In this document: in pieces, positions 29,056-40,041 of the stretch
Numbering within the stretch: position 1 is the first letter of the stretch
Layout of the letters: each line of letters starts with the position of its first letter
NCBI GenBank assembly: GCA_019352195.1
Contig: JACAFG010000002.1
Span: forward strand, 167,820-231,819
DNA from: Candidatus Saccharimonadota bacterium
GTDB taxonomy: Bacteria > Patescibacteriota > Saccharimonadia > UBA4664
Reading direction: 5' to 3'
DNA: 64,000 nucleotides
Program-made: the position numbers and the translations under genes
The notes under the pieces: generated by a model
Database searches by the model: none
Told to the model about the DNA's origin: nothing
What the model saw: the letters and a program-made list of their open reading frames with translations, nothing else

Positions 29056-30729
29056 ATGATTCGCCAACACATTGCAACCGTGCTGCAGCAAGCCGTAAAA
29101 ACTAAGTATCAGCTCGACGTACCGGAAGTAGAGGTAACACTTGCGAGTGGCGAGTTTGGCGACTACGCCTCTAATGTGGCTTTTGGATTGGCAAAACAGT
29201 TAGGAAAAGCACCACGCGCGATAGCTGCTGAAATCGCCGATGGCTTGTCCGACGATGTAATTGCTCGCGCCGAAGCGGCGGGAGCAGGGTTTATTAACTT
29301 TGATCTCACTGATGAGGCGCTATTAAAGCGGGTGGCTGGGGCAACAGTGATAGCGCCAACCTATGAGGGTAAGGTGGTAGTAACCGAGTACTCAGATCCT
29401 AACCCCTTTAAGGTGCTGCACGTTGGGCACCTCTATACGACGGTGGTAGGGGACGCTATTAGTAACCTTATTCGCGCGGCTAGTGGCCAAGTACATCCCG
29501 TTAACTTTGGTGGTGATATTGGTTTACACGTTGGAAAAACGCTGTGGGCAATCATTCGCGATTTTGGCGGCGAAAATCCGGCCAAATTAGCAGATATTGT
29601 GGAGGCCGATCGTTCTGAGTGGATGGCCGGGTGTTACGTCGCGGGCACGCAGGCTTACGACGCCGATGAGACCGCTAAGGCGGCTATTATGGATCTTAAT
29701 GTTCGGGTCTACAAGCTGGTTGATGATAATGACCATGAATCTGCCCTGGCACAAATATATTGGACGTGTCGCGGTTGGAGTTATGATTATTTCAACCAAT
29801 TTTACGCTCGAATTGGAAGCAGTTTTGAACGTTATTACCCAGAAAGTGAGACCGGTCCGATTGGGCTTGCTACGGTTAAAGACCAACTGAAAAAAGGCGT
29901 TTACAGCGAGAGCAAGGGGGCAGTAGTTTTTGACGGTGAACCTTATGGGCTTCACACACGGGTTTTTATTACTTCCCAAGGTCTGCCAACCTATGAGACC
30001 AAGGATCTGGGGGGCATTATATCGAAGTGGAACGATTATAAGTTTGACCGCTCCATTGTGATTACTGGCAACGATATCATCGAATATATGAAAGTCCTGC
30101 TAAAAAGCGTAGAGCAGTTTGCTCCCGAGCTAGCACTGCGAACTACTCATATAACACATGGCAACGTAAAACTCTCAGGCGGAGTAAAAATGAGCTCGCG
30201 CAAAGGTAATTTTTTACGGGCATACGACGTGCTTGATTTGGTAAGCGAGGCCAACGCCTCAGCCAATGGCAATAACGATGACACTGTTATGCTGGGTGCG
30301 GTTAAATACAGTTTTCTCAAATCACGCGTTGGTTCAGATATCGTGTTTATTCCCGAAGAATCAGTGGTGCTTGATGGCAACAGCGGGCCGTATTTGCAAT
30401 ATGCGCACGCGCGGGCGCGAAGTATTTTGGCGAAATCTGGAGGTCTAAAACCTCAGACTGCTTTAGGACTAGTGGGTGATGAGCGAGCCCTCGCGGTGAA
30501 GATTGCTGAATATAGTGACGTAGTGGACCGAGCCGTTGCCGAGTTATTGCCGCATTACGTCTGTACCTATTTGTATGAACTAGCACAAGTTTTCAATCGA
30601 TTTTATGAACATAACCGTGTGCTTGGTGATGAGCGAGAAACGATGCGACTCAATTTGGTAGCTTGGTATGCGGGTGTTTTGAAAAGCGGACTTGAGCTGT
30701 TGGGGATCGAAGCACCCGAACGTTTATAG
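29056..30729 (+). CDS. argS: arginine--tRNA ligase
   Basis: FGDYASN, PNPFK.LHVGH (HIGH), KMSSRKG and GPYLQYAHAR. Confidence 0.97.
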   Translation: MIRQHIATVLQQAVKTKYQLDVPEVEVTLASGEFGDYASNVAFGLAKQLGKAPRAIAAEIADGLSDDVIARAEAAGAGFINFDLTDEALLKRVAGATVIAPTYEGKVVVTEYSDPNPFKVLHVGHLYTTVVGDAISNLIRAASGQVHPVNFGGDIGLHVGKTLWAIIRDFGGENPAKLADIVEADRSEWMAGCYVAGTQAYDADETAKAAIMDLNVRVYKLVDDNDHESALAQIYWTCRGWSYDYFNQFYARIGSSFERYYPESETGPIGLATVKDQLKKGVYSESKGAVVFDGEPYGLHTRVFITSQGLPTYETKDLGGIISKWNDYKFDRSIVITGNDIIEYMKVLLKSVEQFAPELALRTTHITHGNVKLSGGVKMSSRKGNFLRAYDVLDLVSEANASANGNNDDTVMLGAVKYSFLKSRVGSDIVFIPEESVVLDGNSGPYLQYAHARARSILAKSGGLKPQTALGLVGDERALAVKIAEYSDVVDRAVAELLPHYVCTYLYELAQVFNRFYEHNRVLGDERETMRLNLVAWYAGVLKSGLELLGIEAPERL

Positions 30730-30776
30730 GTAGAGTTGCCACCGTTGCGATCGAAAATTGCGCGTGTCGCACAATA

Positions 30777-32804
30777 CTAATGCGACGGCTGAAAACTCAC
30801 AATTCGTCCATCAGCGCTGGCATAGTAGGTTTTAGAAGTTGGATCGTAAACGGCGTCGCTTAAGACTTTGATGCCGGACAGCGAATATTGGCCGATAAAA
30901 CTCAGTGTCGTGGCGTCCGACCAAACGCCAATGCGGCTACTGGACGAGTCTACGCCAATGAGCTGGCTTGCGCTGGTGGGACGGAGCCTAGCCAAATTCG
31001 TAAGTCCCGAACGCGCCGGTACACTGGTAGTGGCAGCCCCCGCCAAGTATTGGTAGAGACCGTCACTACCCCCAAGGTAGACAAAACCATCAACCGCTAG
31101 CGACGAGGGGTTTGGCACGGTAGTTGTGCCGCTGAGGTAAGCGACGCCGGGCGAGAAGCCGGTGCTGGTACGAACATGTTTTTCGATTTGGCTTCCTGAG
31201 AGTAAGTATAAGTTCCCGGCGTATGAGGATATGGCGCTGGCTGGCTCCCAGCCGCTGAGACCCAATGATAATTGCGCTAGCGAATTGCCGTTGAATTTAT
31301 AAAACCAAACGGATGGTTGGGCCGTTAGCAGATATATCCCGTCACCGGTGCTCGAAAGCGTGGTGGCGACAACCTTGCCGACTTTCGAGGTATCAACTGA
31401 AGCCTTTTTAACCAAATTTGTTGCTAAATCTACAACATATATTGTGCCGTTCGCGCGATCTACTGCATAAACCGAACCGGCATTTACCTCAATAAAGCTT
31501 GGAGTAGCACCTTTAAAGGCAGTGAAATTTGCTACTGTGGTTGGTGTTACCATTACGAGACCATCAAGCTGGTTGAGGGCGCTATTAACGCTGGCCAGGA
31601 GAAGGTTAGAAGTTTTTGGAGCCCCTGAGACGAGCGTTGCCTTGGCCAAAAGTCGGTTAAGTTGGGTTTGACGCGGCGTGAGGGAAATGAGGTCATTTTG
31701 TACCGCCGTTAGGGCAGCACGCTTGGAGTTGGGGTCGGTTATTTGCGTGGCCGATATATAGTTTTGATAGTCATGTTGATATTGTGTCAACAATTTGTCA
31801 TTTGCACTCGTAGTAGATTGGTGCCAAACAAAGCCCCCAGCAATAACAATTAATACTGCGAGTCCAATGAGCGCCCTGCGAGCAATTCTCTGGCCAGTCC
31901 ACATGCTTTTACTGGCTTCAGCTGCCATGGCGCTGACTTGTTTAATCTTAGGCCTGGTTTGATCCCATCCCGAACGAGCAGCACGCCCGGCTCTAAGCCC
32001 AGTAGCCATTGTCGCCTGAGCAATAGGTGCGGCCATGAGCTTCGCCGCCTCAAGGGGATTATCGGGCGCGCCTAGAGTGACGTCGCTAGGTTGGTCGGTA
32101 CGAACTTGCAGCGCGGCTAATTCGGGAGTCGTAACCTCAATGACAAGGGCAGCAATCCGGCTGGCATCGCTGCCTTTTAGTAGCTCAGTGAGCTCGGCGA
32201 TGGCCGTATTAGGACTGGTGGAACTTACGACGTCGTGGAGCTTAGGTAAAGAGATCTGGTGTACGAGCGCAGGTGTGGCCATAAGGATGTGATCGCCGGC
32301 CTCCAGAAGCCCGCTTGCGACCAGACCAAAAGTCTTGGCCGGACCAGTTGGTCGGCTGCCCGTACTGGTAGTTATTCGTGTGCTAGCGCCATGACGATAC
32401 AGATACGCCTCTGAGCTGCCGCTGTGAGTGAGATGCAATTCGCCGTCAGATTGAACTGCAACGACCGCGCTGAGTTTACCGATCCAAGACGCATTGCCTT
32501 GATTTACGAGCTCGCCCAACGCACTATTGGTGGCTTTAGTAGCAAACTCGAACCGAGTGAGCGAGTCGTTGTCGCCTTGCGCTGGGTCGTAGTATGCAGT
32601 CTGAAACGAGTTGATAATCGTATCGCCAACATCTTCGCCAGGACGGCCTGAAACGAGGACCTCGACAATTATAAAGAGACTTCCTAGTCTGCTTAGTGGA
32701 TCGTCTGCAGTGAGCTCGTACACAACGGCACTGACAAAGCTCGGCACTTGCTTCGGCCGCTTGGCGTAGGGAACGAGCCGTGCTGTACGAGTGATCAGCT
32801 CCAT
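30777..32804 (-). CDS. membrane protein: PP2C-like N-terminal domain, TM, beta-propeller-like C-terminus
   Basis: G.S.AYL.R.G and SG.L..GD.IL PP2C-like signature, a central TM and beta-rich repeats (Y.GNLYLL, A.DG.VY). Start MELITR. Confidence 0.6.
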   Translation of the reverse strand: MELITRTARLVPYAKRPKQVPSFVSAVVYELTADDPLSRLGSLFIIVEVLVSGRPGEDVGDTIINSFQTAYYDPAQGDNDSLTRFEFATKATNSALGELVNQGNASWIGKLSAVVAVQSDGELHLTHSGSSEAYLYRHGASTRITTSTGSRPTGPAKTFGLVASGLLEAGDHILMATPALVHQISLPKLHDVVSSTSPNTAIAELTELLKGSDASRIAALVIEVTTPELAALQVRTDQPSDVTLGAPDNPLEAAKLMAAPIAQATMATGLRAGRAARSGWDQTRPKIKQVSAMAAEASKSMWTGQRIARRALIGLAVLIVIAGGFVWHQSTTSANDKLLTQYQHDYQNYISATQITDPNSKRAALTAVQNDLISLTPRQTQLNRLLAKATLVSGAPKTSNLLLASVNSALNQLDGLVMVTPTTVANFTAFKGATPSFIEVNAGSVYAVDRANGTIYVVDLATNLVKKASVDTSKVGKVVATTLSSTGDGIYLLTAQPSVWFYKFNGNSLAQLSLGLSGWEPASAISSYAGNLYLLSGSQIEKHVRTSTGFSPGVAYLSGTTTVPNPSSLAVDGFVYLGGSDGLYQYLAGAATTSVPARSGLTNLARLRPTSASQLIGVDSSSSRIGVWSDATTLSFIGQYSLSGIKVLSDAVYDPTSKTYYASADGRIVSFQPSH

Positions 32805-32895
32805 CTTGCCCACACTTGTTATGCTTAATATTAACACGCAAGAGTCTATCTGGACAGATGGTGTCAAATGCTGCGAGCTCCTATAAGATAGGAAC

Positions 32896-35799
32896 ATGAA
32901 TGATTTGGACGGCCTTAACGACGCGCAGAGCCAAGCAGTAACGCATGTGGCTGGGCCGCTTCTCGTGGTGGCGGGTGCGGGCACAGGTAAAACCAAGGTT
33001 ATAACCAGTCGGATCGGATACTTAATCTCGAATGGTCATGCGAAGGCGTCTGAAATTTTGGCTTTAACGTTTACCGAAAAAGCCGCCCGAGAGATGAGCG
33101 AGCGGCTGAGTGGACTCATCGGCTGGGAAGCCTTGAGTGTATCGACCATGACGTTTAATGCCTTTGGTGCGCAGCTACTGGGTGACTATGGGGTTCATAT
33201 TGGTCGTAAAACAAACGGCGGATTACTCAACGAAACCCAAAAAGCGTTGTTACTAATGCAACGATATGACGATATCACGTTCAAATATTACGGTCCTCAA
33301 GCCGATACGTACGGCTTTGTATCACAAATCATAGAATATATTGGTAGACTTCAAAACGCTGGTGTTTCGGCAAGCCGATATAATGACTTTGTTGCGAAAT
33401 TGGTTAAAAACGAAGAGCTTAGTAGTGCCGACATTGCCGAGCAGCATGACTTATCCTCGCTTTACAGCACCTATGAAGCGGCCAAACAGGCAACTGGTAC
33501 CTACGATTACTACGATCAACTGGCGTTGCCTCTAGAAATACTAAGGCGTCAGCCTCATTTGGCAGCACGGCTGCGTAGGCGCTATAAATACATTTTGGTT
33601 GATGAATATCAGGATACCAGTCCGGTGCAGGACGCGCTGCTGAGAGAATTGGTTCCGCCTGGTGGAAACTTGTTTGCCGTGGGCGACGATGATCAGGCGA
33701 TCTACGGGTTTCGAGGCGCGGACATTGCAAATATCTTAGATTTTACAAGCCATTATCAGGTTGAAATTCCGGTCGCGTTGGTGCAAAACTACCGCAGCGG
33801 CCAACCCATTCTAGACGCGGCATACCGGCTGATTGTTCACAATAATCCCGAACGGCTGGAGACGAAACTGGGACTTAATAAACGGCTCATTGCCGCTGAC
33901 AATGATGGGATTGTAGTGTTTCGCGCCTACCGTAGCCCGAGCAGCGAGCTGTCAGCGGTCACGCAAGACTTGCAACAACGATTGTTCAATGGCACGAAAG
34001 CGAGTGATATGGCGGTGTTGGCTCGAAGCAACGACAAATTGCGGCAGTACGCAACGAGTTTGCGACAGCGCGGTATCCCATTTGCTATCTCAACGGCCGT
34101 TAATATCTTTGAGCAGCGAGAACTAATTCAACTGTGGTACGCGCTTAACTGGACCGCTAATATAGTTCGCGAAGAGGCCATTGGGCACGTTGCAATGGGC
34201 CCATATGGCGGTATGAAAGCTAGTGAGTGGCGCGAAGTAGCTGATACGGCACGCGCGGACCTCAGCGGACTTGAATCGGCACTGCGGGCGGTAGCAGATG
34301 ACGGCCAAGAAGCTGCTCAGCGGTTGGTGGTGAAATTGGATACTTGGCGCGAGTGGGCTCTTGAGCTGAGCGTGGGTGAGCTAGCCTACCGCATGGTATT
34401 TGAGGCTACGGCCGATGAGATTCCCGTGGGACTGGCATTGCGAGAGCGGGCGATGGCCAGCGATGGCGACACCCAGATGCGGATTTTTCGCGTTTTTGAT
34501 GACTTGGCTCGGCTATTCGGCCAAATGAACGACTACCTGACGGTGCAAGAGCTGACCACTGGTGATCGCAGTTTGGCCGGCTACTTAGCGGTATTTCCGG
34601 TGCCACCCTCACTTGAAGTGAGTGAGACCGATGGCGAGGCTGATGGTATTCAACTGCTGACAGTTCATGCCTCCAAGGGATTGGAGTTTCCGGTGGTGTT
34701 CCTCGTTAATACCACCGAAACTGCTTGGCGTGAGCGTAGCGGAGGTGGCGGACTGGTAGTGCCGGAGCAGTTGCAAATCACTCAGGACCTGCCGGGCGTT
34801 CATGAGCAGCGCCGGCTGATGTATGTAGCGGCAACTCGAGCCAAAACCGAGCTCGTAATTACCGCGCCGGTAGCATCGGAAGGAGGTCAAAAACAGCGTG
34901 TTAGTCAGTTGGTTACCGAACTACTAGGTGCTGAACCCGAGTTGTCGATTGAGCCGGAGAGCGACGATATTGTCGATAAATCGATGCAAAAAATACAACG
35001 ATACGCTCCGTTACAGAGTCAGTTGCCGCCTCATTTGCCGTATGAGAAAGCCGATGGCTGGATTCATCTGAGTGTAAGTGACTTGTATGCGTATAGTCGA
35101 GATCCTCATAGTTTTATGCTGGAGAAAATACTTAAACTCGGCGAAACAGCGAGCTGGAAAGCTGCTTTTGGCGTGCTTATTCACGCCGTAATTCAGACGT
35201 ATTATGAGGCGGTGCGTGATGGAATTAGCCCCAATAAGTCCGAAATGATGGAGCTTGTACGTACCAAATGGAGCACCCGTGGCTTTGAAACACCGGCCCA
35301 GGCTGAGGCTGGTTTGAAGTTGGCGCTGAGCACGGTGACTTCGTTTTATGAGCGCGAGCAGGCGACGCCGCGCGTAATTCGGGCGATTGAACATCCGCTC
35401 AGTTTAGAGATTCCCGAAGCCAAGCTACGTATTTCCGGCCGCATTGACGCCATGTTCGATACGGCCGATGGGGTGGAGATACGCGACTTTAAGACTGGCG
35501 ATAAGCGCGATGAAGATAAGCTGGGTGACGCGGCGCGGGATAGTTTTCAGTTGCGGACCTACGCCTTGGGGCTGCTGGATTTAAGTGGTCAGGTGCCGGC
35601 GAAAGTTACGCTTGATTACGTAGTGACTGGGGTAGAAGGGAGTGCCACCTTGTCGCCGGTTATCATCAAAAATCACCGTGAAAAGCTTATTAAACTGGCC
35701 GCTGGTTTGCGAGCGCACGATTTTACCCCTAAGGCTGGCTCGCCTGGACACCAGTCGCTAGCTGAGCGTTACTACGGATTGGGAGATGATGATGAGTGA
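32896..35799 (+). CDS. UvrD/PcrA-type helicase fused to a PD-(D/E)XK nuclease (AdnAB/AddA-like)
   Basis: AGAGTGKT, VDEYQD, GDDDQAIYGFRGA, NYRS, TVHASKGLEF, YVAATRAK and a C-terminal GRID...DFKTG. Confidence 0.92.
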   Translation: MNDLDGLNDAQSQAVTHVAGPLLVVAGAGTGKTKVITSRIGYLISNGHAKASEILALTFTEKAAREMSERLSGLIGWEALSVSTMTFNAFGAQLLGDYGVHIGRKTNGGLLNETQKALLLMQRYDDITFKYYGPQADTYGFVSQIIEYIGRLQNAGVSASRYNDFVAKLVKNEELSSADIAEQHDLSSLYSTYEAAKQATGTYDYYDQLALPLEILRRQPHLAARLRRRYKYILVDEYQDTSPVQDALLRELVPPGGNLFAVGDDDQAIYGFRGADIANILDFTSHYQVEIPVALVQNYRSGQPILDAAYRLIVHNNPERLETKLGLNKRLIAADNDGIVVFRAYRSPSSELSAVTQDLQQRLFNGTKASDMAVLARSNDKLRQYATSLRQRGIPFAISTAVNIFEQRELIQLWYALNWTANIVREEAIGHVAMGPYGGMKASEWREVADTARADLSGLESALRAVADDGQEAAQRLVVKLDTWREWALELSVGELAYRMVFEATADEIPVGLALRERAMASDGDTQMRIFRVFDDLARLFGQMNDYLTVQELTTGDRSLAGYLAVFPVPPSLEVSETDGEADGIQLLTVHASKGLEFPVVFLVNTTETAWRERSGGGGLVVPEQLQITQDLPGVHEQRRLMYVAATRAKTELVITAPVASEGGQKQRVSQLVTELLGAEPELSIEPESDDIVDKSMQKIQRYAPLQSQLPPHLPYEKADGWIHLSVSDLYAYSRDPHSFMLEKILKLGETASWKAAFGVLIHAVIQTYYEAVRDGISPNKSEMMELVRTKWSTRGFETPAQAEAGLKLALSTVTSFYEREQATPRVIRAIEHPLSLEIPEAKLRISGRIDAMFDTADGVEIRDFKTGDKRDEDKLGDAARDSFQLRTYALGLLDLSGQVPAKVTLDYVVTGVEGSATLSPVIIKNHREKLIKLAAGLRAHDFTPKAGSPGHQSLAERYYGLGDDDE

Positions 35800-36331
35800 C
35801 GCCTCTCAGCTTAGTTTATCTCAGCCTAGCGGTAACAGTGATGGTAAGCGTGATGAGGCTTGGCTCCAAAGCCTGCTTGATGAGATTTGGGATCAGTCCT
35901 TCGGTGATGTACCACAAGTTAACGACGTGAGGATTATTTTTGGACGACGGGCCAAGCGCCGTTTGGGTAGCATTAGTCTTGATCCCGCTGACCCGAGGGT
36001 GTCGATCATTACGATGAACAGTCTGTTTAAATCGACTGATATACCGGAATTTATTGTGCGTGCCACGATTGTGCACGAACTCACTCATTATGCACATGGC
36101 TTCAATTCACCATTGGCGCGTGCTCAGGCTCATCCGCACGCGGGCGGGGTAATGCGTCGTGAATACGAGGAACGTGGACTGTTGCAGCTGTACCTTGATC
36201 AGAAGCGCTGGCTAAAGATCAATTGGCCCGCTGTCGTGGCTCGCGAATTTGCGCCTCGGCCTAGGCGCCCGGCCAGGGGGTCGTCGGCAGCCAGTGTTAA
36301 GTTACCAAAACCATGGTGGTTGGGAGGCTAG
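35786..36331 (+). CDS. SprT-like zinc metalloprotease
   Basis: R.LGSI, HELTH and HPH.G. Confidence 0.7.
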   Translation: MMMSDASQLSLSQPSGNSDGKRDEAWLQSLLDEIWDQSFGDVPQVNDVRIIFGRRAKRRLGSISLDPADPRVSIITMNSLFKSTDIPEFIVRATIVHELTHYAHGFNSPLARAQAHPHAGGVMRREYEERGLLQLYLDQKRWLKINWPAVVAREFAPRPRRPARGSSAASVKLPKPWWLGG

Positions 36332-36380
36332 GAGATAGCCTTGCGAGGCTAAATCTGCTAATGTTAGCGAGTTCATGTAT

Positions 36381-36456
36381 CGGGGTGTGGCGCAGTTGGT
36401 AGCGTGCTGTGTTCGGAACGCAGAGGTCGCAGGTTCAAGTCCTGTCACCCCGACCA
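36381..36456 (+). tRNA. tRNA-Pro(CGG)
   Basis: Cloverleaf: CGGGGTG acceptor, anticodon arm CTGTG-TTCGGAA-CGCAG, GGTTCAAGTCC and encoded CCA. Confidence 0.97.
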
Positions 36457-36600
36457 TCGGAATTATATTTGAGACGTCCCCGGTTGATTTGGTGAGCTTT
36501 TGCTCTTGGTATCGATTTCCTCTTAAACTTAAGCCGAGGGAGCTCGCGAATTGGATCTTACTCGCAGCTGTACCAAGTAAAAATATTGATTTGGACAAAC

Positions 36601-36630
36601 AAAAAGAGCGCTCTCTCGGCGCTCTTTCTT
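36601..36630 (+). terminator. intrinsic terminator
   Basis: AAAGAGCGC-TCTCTCG-GCGCTCTTTCTT. Confidence 0.7.
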
Positions 36631-36840
36631 GAATAACTCTCCAAACCTGCACAACATATTCATTTTAGCGTAAGTATTAATGTTAGTAAAGTTATTTTTA
36701 TATGCAAATTCATTTAGATATGAATACATTCTTTATTATTATTAAGTGAGGCTAAACGATGTTAGAAAAGATAATACTTATGCTTCAAATGCTACAGGAT
36801 GATTTAGTTTTTCAATGCACATTTAGGCTATAATTACGCA

Positions 36841-38220
36841 ATGAGTCAGACCTGGGTACACGAAGCCAGAATCAAAGTCTTAAACGACGCTCGTGTTAAA
36901 TCCGAGGGGCGTTGTGTAATTTATTGGATGCAAAAAGATCAGCGCAGCCGCGACAACTGGGCATTGGTTCGGGCGATTGAACTGGCCAATCAATATGAGG
37001 TACCTTTGGTGGTCGCTTTTTTCGTGTGGGACGGCCTGAAAAATGCCTACCTGCGGCATTTTGAGTTTATGTTACGGGGTTTAAGTGAAGTGGCAGCCGA
37101 TTTGGACCGGCAGCAAATCGGCTTTGTAATGCGCCGTGACGAGCCAGTACATGGGATTGTTGCCTTGAGGGAGGAATTACAGGCGCTGGCGGTTGTTACC
37201 GATCAAGGATATCTACGTCTTGCTAAACGCCGGAGAGAGCGGGCCGCACTAGCCTTAAGCGTCCCGCTTGAAGCGATTGATGCGGCTATGATTGTGCCGC
37301 CGGCGGTACTGAGTGATAAGCAGCTCTATGCTGCCTATATTGCCCGTCCGAAGCTACGTGATTATTCTGACGAATTTCTGACCAATTACCCAAGTCTGAG
37401 AGTTAAGGTTTCGTGGACGCTTCCTCTTGAGGGCCTTGAGGTAGCGCGACCCGACAGTATCCTGCATCAGTTGCGGCTTGATACCAGTGTTGGTCCGGTA
37501 AGCCAAGTGTCGGGGATGACTGGTGCTGAAGCAGTGCTCAAAGCATTCATTAAGGACGGGGTCGCTAGATATAAAGATGACAGTAATGATCCAACGGCTT
37601 CGTCGACATCGCAGCTGTCAGCCTACCTGCACTACGGGCAACTTTCAGCACAGCGAATTGCATGGGAGCTTAGGCATGCTCCGAGTTATGCGGCTAACCA
37701 GGATAGCACCGATAAGTATCTAGACGAACTTATAACCTGGCGGGAGTTGTCGACTAATTTTGTGTGTTACAACAATAACTATGATTCCTATGAAGGTTTG
37801 CCCGAATGGGCCCGCAAATCGCTCGAAATACATGCCAATGATGAGCGTGAGTTTGTCTACGATCTCAGTCAATTTGAAGCTGGCCTAACTCATGATGAGT
37901 TGTGGAATGCTGCGCAAATGGAAATGACGAAGTCAGGTCGCATGCACGGCTACATGCGCATGTATTGGGCTAAGAAGATTTTAGAATGGACATCATCACC
38001 CCAGATAGCTATTGATATTGCGGTCTATCTAAATGACAAGTATGAGCTTGATGGACGAGAGCCTGGAGGTTACGCTGGGATCCTTTGGGCAATTGGCGGT
38101 CTTCACGACCGGCCTTGGTTTGAACGCGAGATTTACGGACAAGTACGATATATGAATTACAACGGGGCAAAGAAGAAATTTAACGTGCCAGCGTACATTG
38201 CGCATGTAAACGACCTCTAA
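36841..38220 (+). CDS. phr: class II CPD DNA photolyase
   Basis: YWM..DQR..DNWAL, LS.YLHYGQ, THDELWNAAQ, MHGYMRMYWAKKILEW, DGR.P.GY and HDRPW.ER.I.G.VRYM. Confidence 0.95.
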   Translation: MSQTWVHEARIKVLNDARVKSEGRCVIYWMQKDQRSRDNWALVRAIELANQYEVPLVVAFFVWDGLKNAYLRHFEFMLRGLSEVAADLDRQQIGFVMRRDEPVHGIVALREELQALAVVTDQGYLRLAKRRRERAALALSVPLEAIDAAMIVPPAVLSDKQLYAAYIARPKLRDYSDEFLTNYPSLRVKVSWTLPLEGLEVARPDSILHQLRLDTSVGPVSQVSGMTGAEAVLKAFIKDGVARYKDDSNDPTASSTSQLSAYLHYGQLSAQRIAWELRHAPSYAANQDSTDKYLDELITWRELSTNFVCYNNNYDSYEGLPEWARKSLEIHANDEREFVYDLSQFEAGLTHDELWNAAQMEMTKSGRMHGYMRMYWAKKILEWTSSPQIAIDIAVYLNDKYELDGREPGGYAGILWAIGGLHDRPWFEREIYGQVRYMNYNGAKKKFNVPAYIAHVNDL

Positions 38221-38242
38221 CGCTGCAAGATGCATGGGTTTG

Positions 38243-39286
38243 CTATAGGCCTTCGGTTAGTAGGTCACGATAGATTCCATGATAGGCTGCCGCGGTGTGC
38301 GCAATATCTAGCTTTAAAGCTAGCTCTCGGTTAGCTGCGCCCAGCGCCAAGTGTAGCCGAGGTGAGTTGGTAAGTTCGGTGAGCGCTTCTTCCACCTGAT
38401 TCGGCGCAATAATTCGCAGTCCGGACGCCATAGCCTCTAGGATTGGCAAACTATTACCGGGCTGCTCAGAAGGCAAGACGGCTAAATCCACTGCCTGGTA
38501 GATGAATGGGTGTCGTTCGTCACTTCGGTCGAGTTCAGGTAAGTTGTGGTACCGCCCGCGCGTTTTCAGTTGTGACAGAGTTGGAGCGAGGCTACTTTCA
38601 CTTGGGTGACCAACGGTGATGAGACAAATATCTTTGGTCGCAGCAAGAGCTGAGAGTTGAAATACGAGCGCGGCAAGCTGCGGGTCGGATGGATGACCAC
38701 TAAAGAGGATCAATGGGATGTCCTCGGGAAGGTCGAGCGCTCTCCGGGCTTCTCGCGTCATGCCGTGTTGATAGCGAGACGTGTCTACTCCGACTGAAAT
38801 AATTTCACCGGACATCATGACGCCGGATGATGTCGCCGCGTCATGCACTATTGGCGTTGTGGCAATAAGGGGAACGAATTTATTAAGTGAACGCAAATAC
38901 TTCCACGAGTGCGGCTTAAACGGTGAAGATGGAGTAAGCGGCAAACTTGGCGCGTAGTGAAGCGTCATAAGCAGCGGGGTACGAACGTAACGGCCCACAT
39001 GGGAGATCTTGATGGCAAGCTGGGTTGATTGCTGAAAATGAACGAGACTTGGCTCGTAACGATTGATGAGCCGCTTGAGATCGCGGCTTGAGGTGAAGTG
39101 ATGCAAGATACAGTTCTCACTCGGTAGCACCGGCAATTCGCCGGGGTTGTGGAGTCGAACCGCCAACACAAATTGATAAGAGGTGACAAGTTCTTTAATA
39201 AGACCGAGGGTAAAGACCTCAACCTCGCCTAGTGGCGCATGCCACTCGGTGACAATGAGAATAGTTGGCAGAGTTTGATTTGACAC
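38243..39286 (-). CDS. divergent GT4 glycosyltransferase
   Basis: GT-B layout with GVDT..Y and D..VLPS......LEAMASG. Confidence 0.7.
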   Translation of the reverse strand: MSNQTLPTILIVTEWHAPLGEVEVFTLGLIKELVTSYQFVLAVRLHNPGELPVLPSENCILHHFTSSRDLKRLINRYEPSLVHFQQSTQLAIKISHVGRYVRTPLLMTLHYAPSLPLTPSSPFKPHSWKYLRSLNKFVPLIATTPIVHDAATSSGVMMSGEIISVGVDTSRYQHGMTREARRALDLPEDIPLILFSGHPSDPQLAALVFQLSALAATKDICLITVGHPSESSLAPTLSQLKTRGRYHNLPELDRSDERHPFIYQAVDLAVLPSEQPGNSLPILEAMASGLRIIAPNQVEEALTELTNSPRLHLALGAANRELALKLDIAHTAAAYHGIYRDLLTEGL

Positions 39287-39579
39287 GATCCTCTACTATA
39301 ACCGATATTTGCGACAAATGTCACGAACTTATTTTAGTTATGTCAGTTTAGACTGACGGATGTTCGGTAAGATTTAAGGATGTGTCCACAGCCTGTGTAC
39401 AAACCGCCAGAATATGAGTGATTAATTTTGAATTTTTAGGTGTTCGAATCGTTGAGGGCGCAATGATACTGACAATATTTGGATTTCTAACAGATAAGAG
39501 TGGCTATAATTAGCCTTAAAGCATAAAAACTATTGACCCATAAATCATTTAGGGCTATATTAAATGAGGAGTTCAACAA

Positions 39580-40041
39580 GTGCAGGTAAGGAATACGAGT
39601 TCTCAGTTCGAGAAATCGCTACTCAACAAAATCGCTCGGGTCGCAAACAGGCTCGAAGCTGAGGTGGAAAACGAGTTAAAGGTCAGCTTCGCGCTGACCT
39701 TTTCTCAATTCAGGGTGCTCGACGCCTTGCTCGGCCGCGATGAATTGAGCCAGCGAGAACTAGCCGAAGTCATTGGAGTGACTCCGGCTGTAGTAACGCG
39801 TCAAGCCGAAGTACTGGCGGGACGGGGACTGCTAGAACAGCGGGAAAACCCGCGCAGCCGTCGCGAAAAGCTCATTGTTGCCACGCGCAAAGGGGAACAA
39901 GCGGCCGTTGATGCCGGTAAGGCAATTATGAATGCGCAAAAACGGCTGTTTGAGCCGCTAGATGTACAAGAAGAGTTGGCGATAGAGCGTGGCCTATCAA
40001 AAATGCCGCCGGTGCCAACGAATTGGCACCGGCGCTTCTAG
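39580..40041 (+). CDS. MarR family transcriptional regulator
   Basis: LT.SQF.VL, SQRELA..IGVT...VTR...L...GL..R and SRR....T.KG. Confidence 0.92.
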   Translation: MQVRNTSSQFEKSLLNKIARVANRLEAEVENELKVSFALTFSQFRVLDALLGRDELSQRELAEVIGVTPAVVTRQAEVLAGRGLLEQRENPRSRREKLIVATRKGEQAAVDAGKAIMNAQKRLFEPLDVQEELAIERGLSKMPPVPTNWHRRF

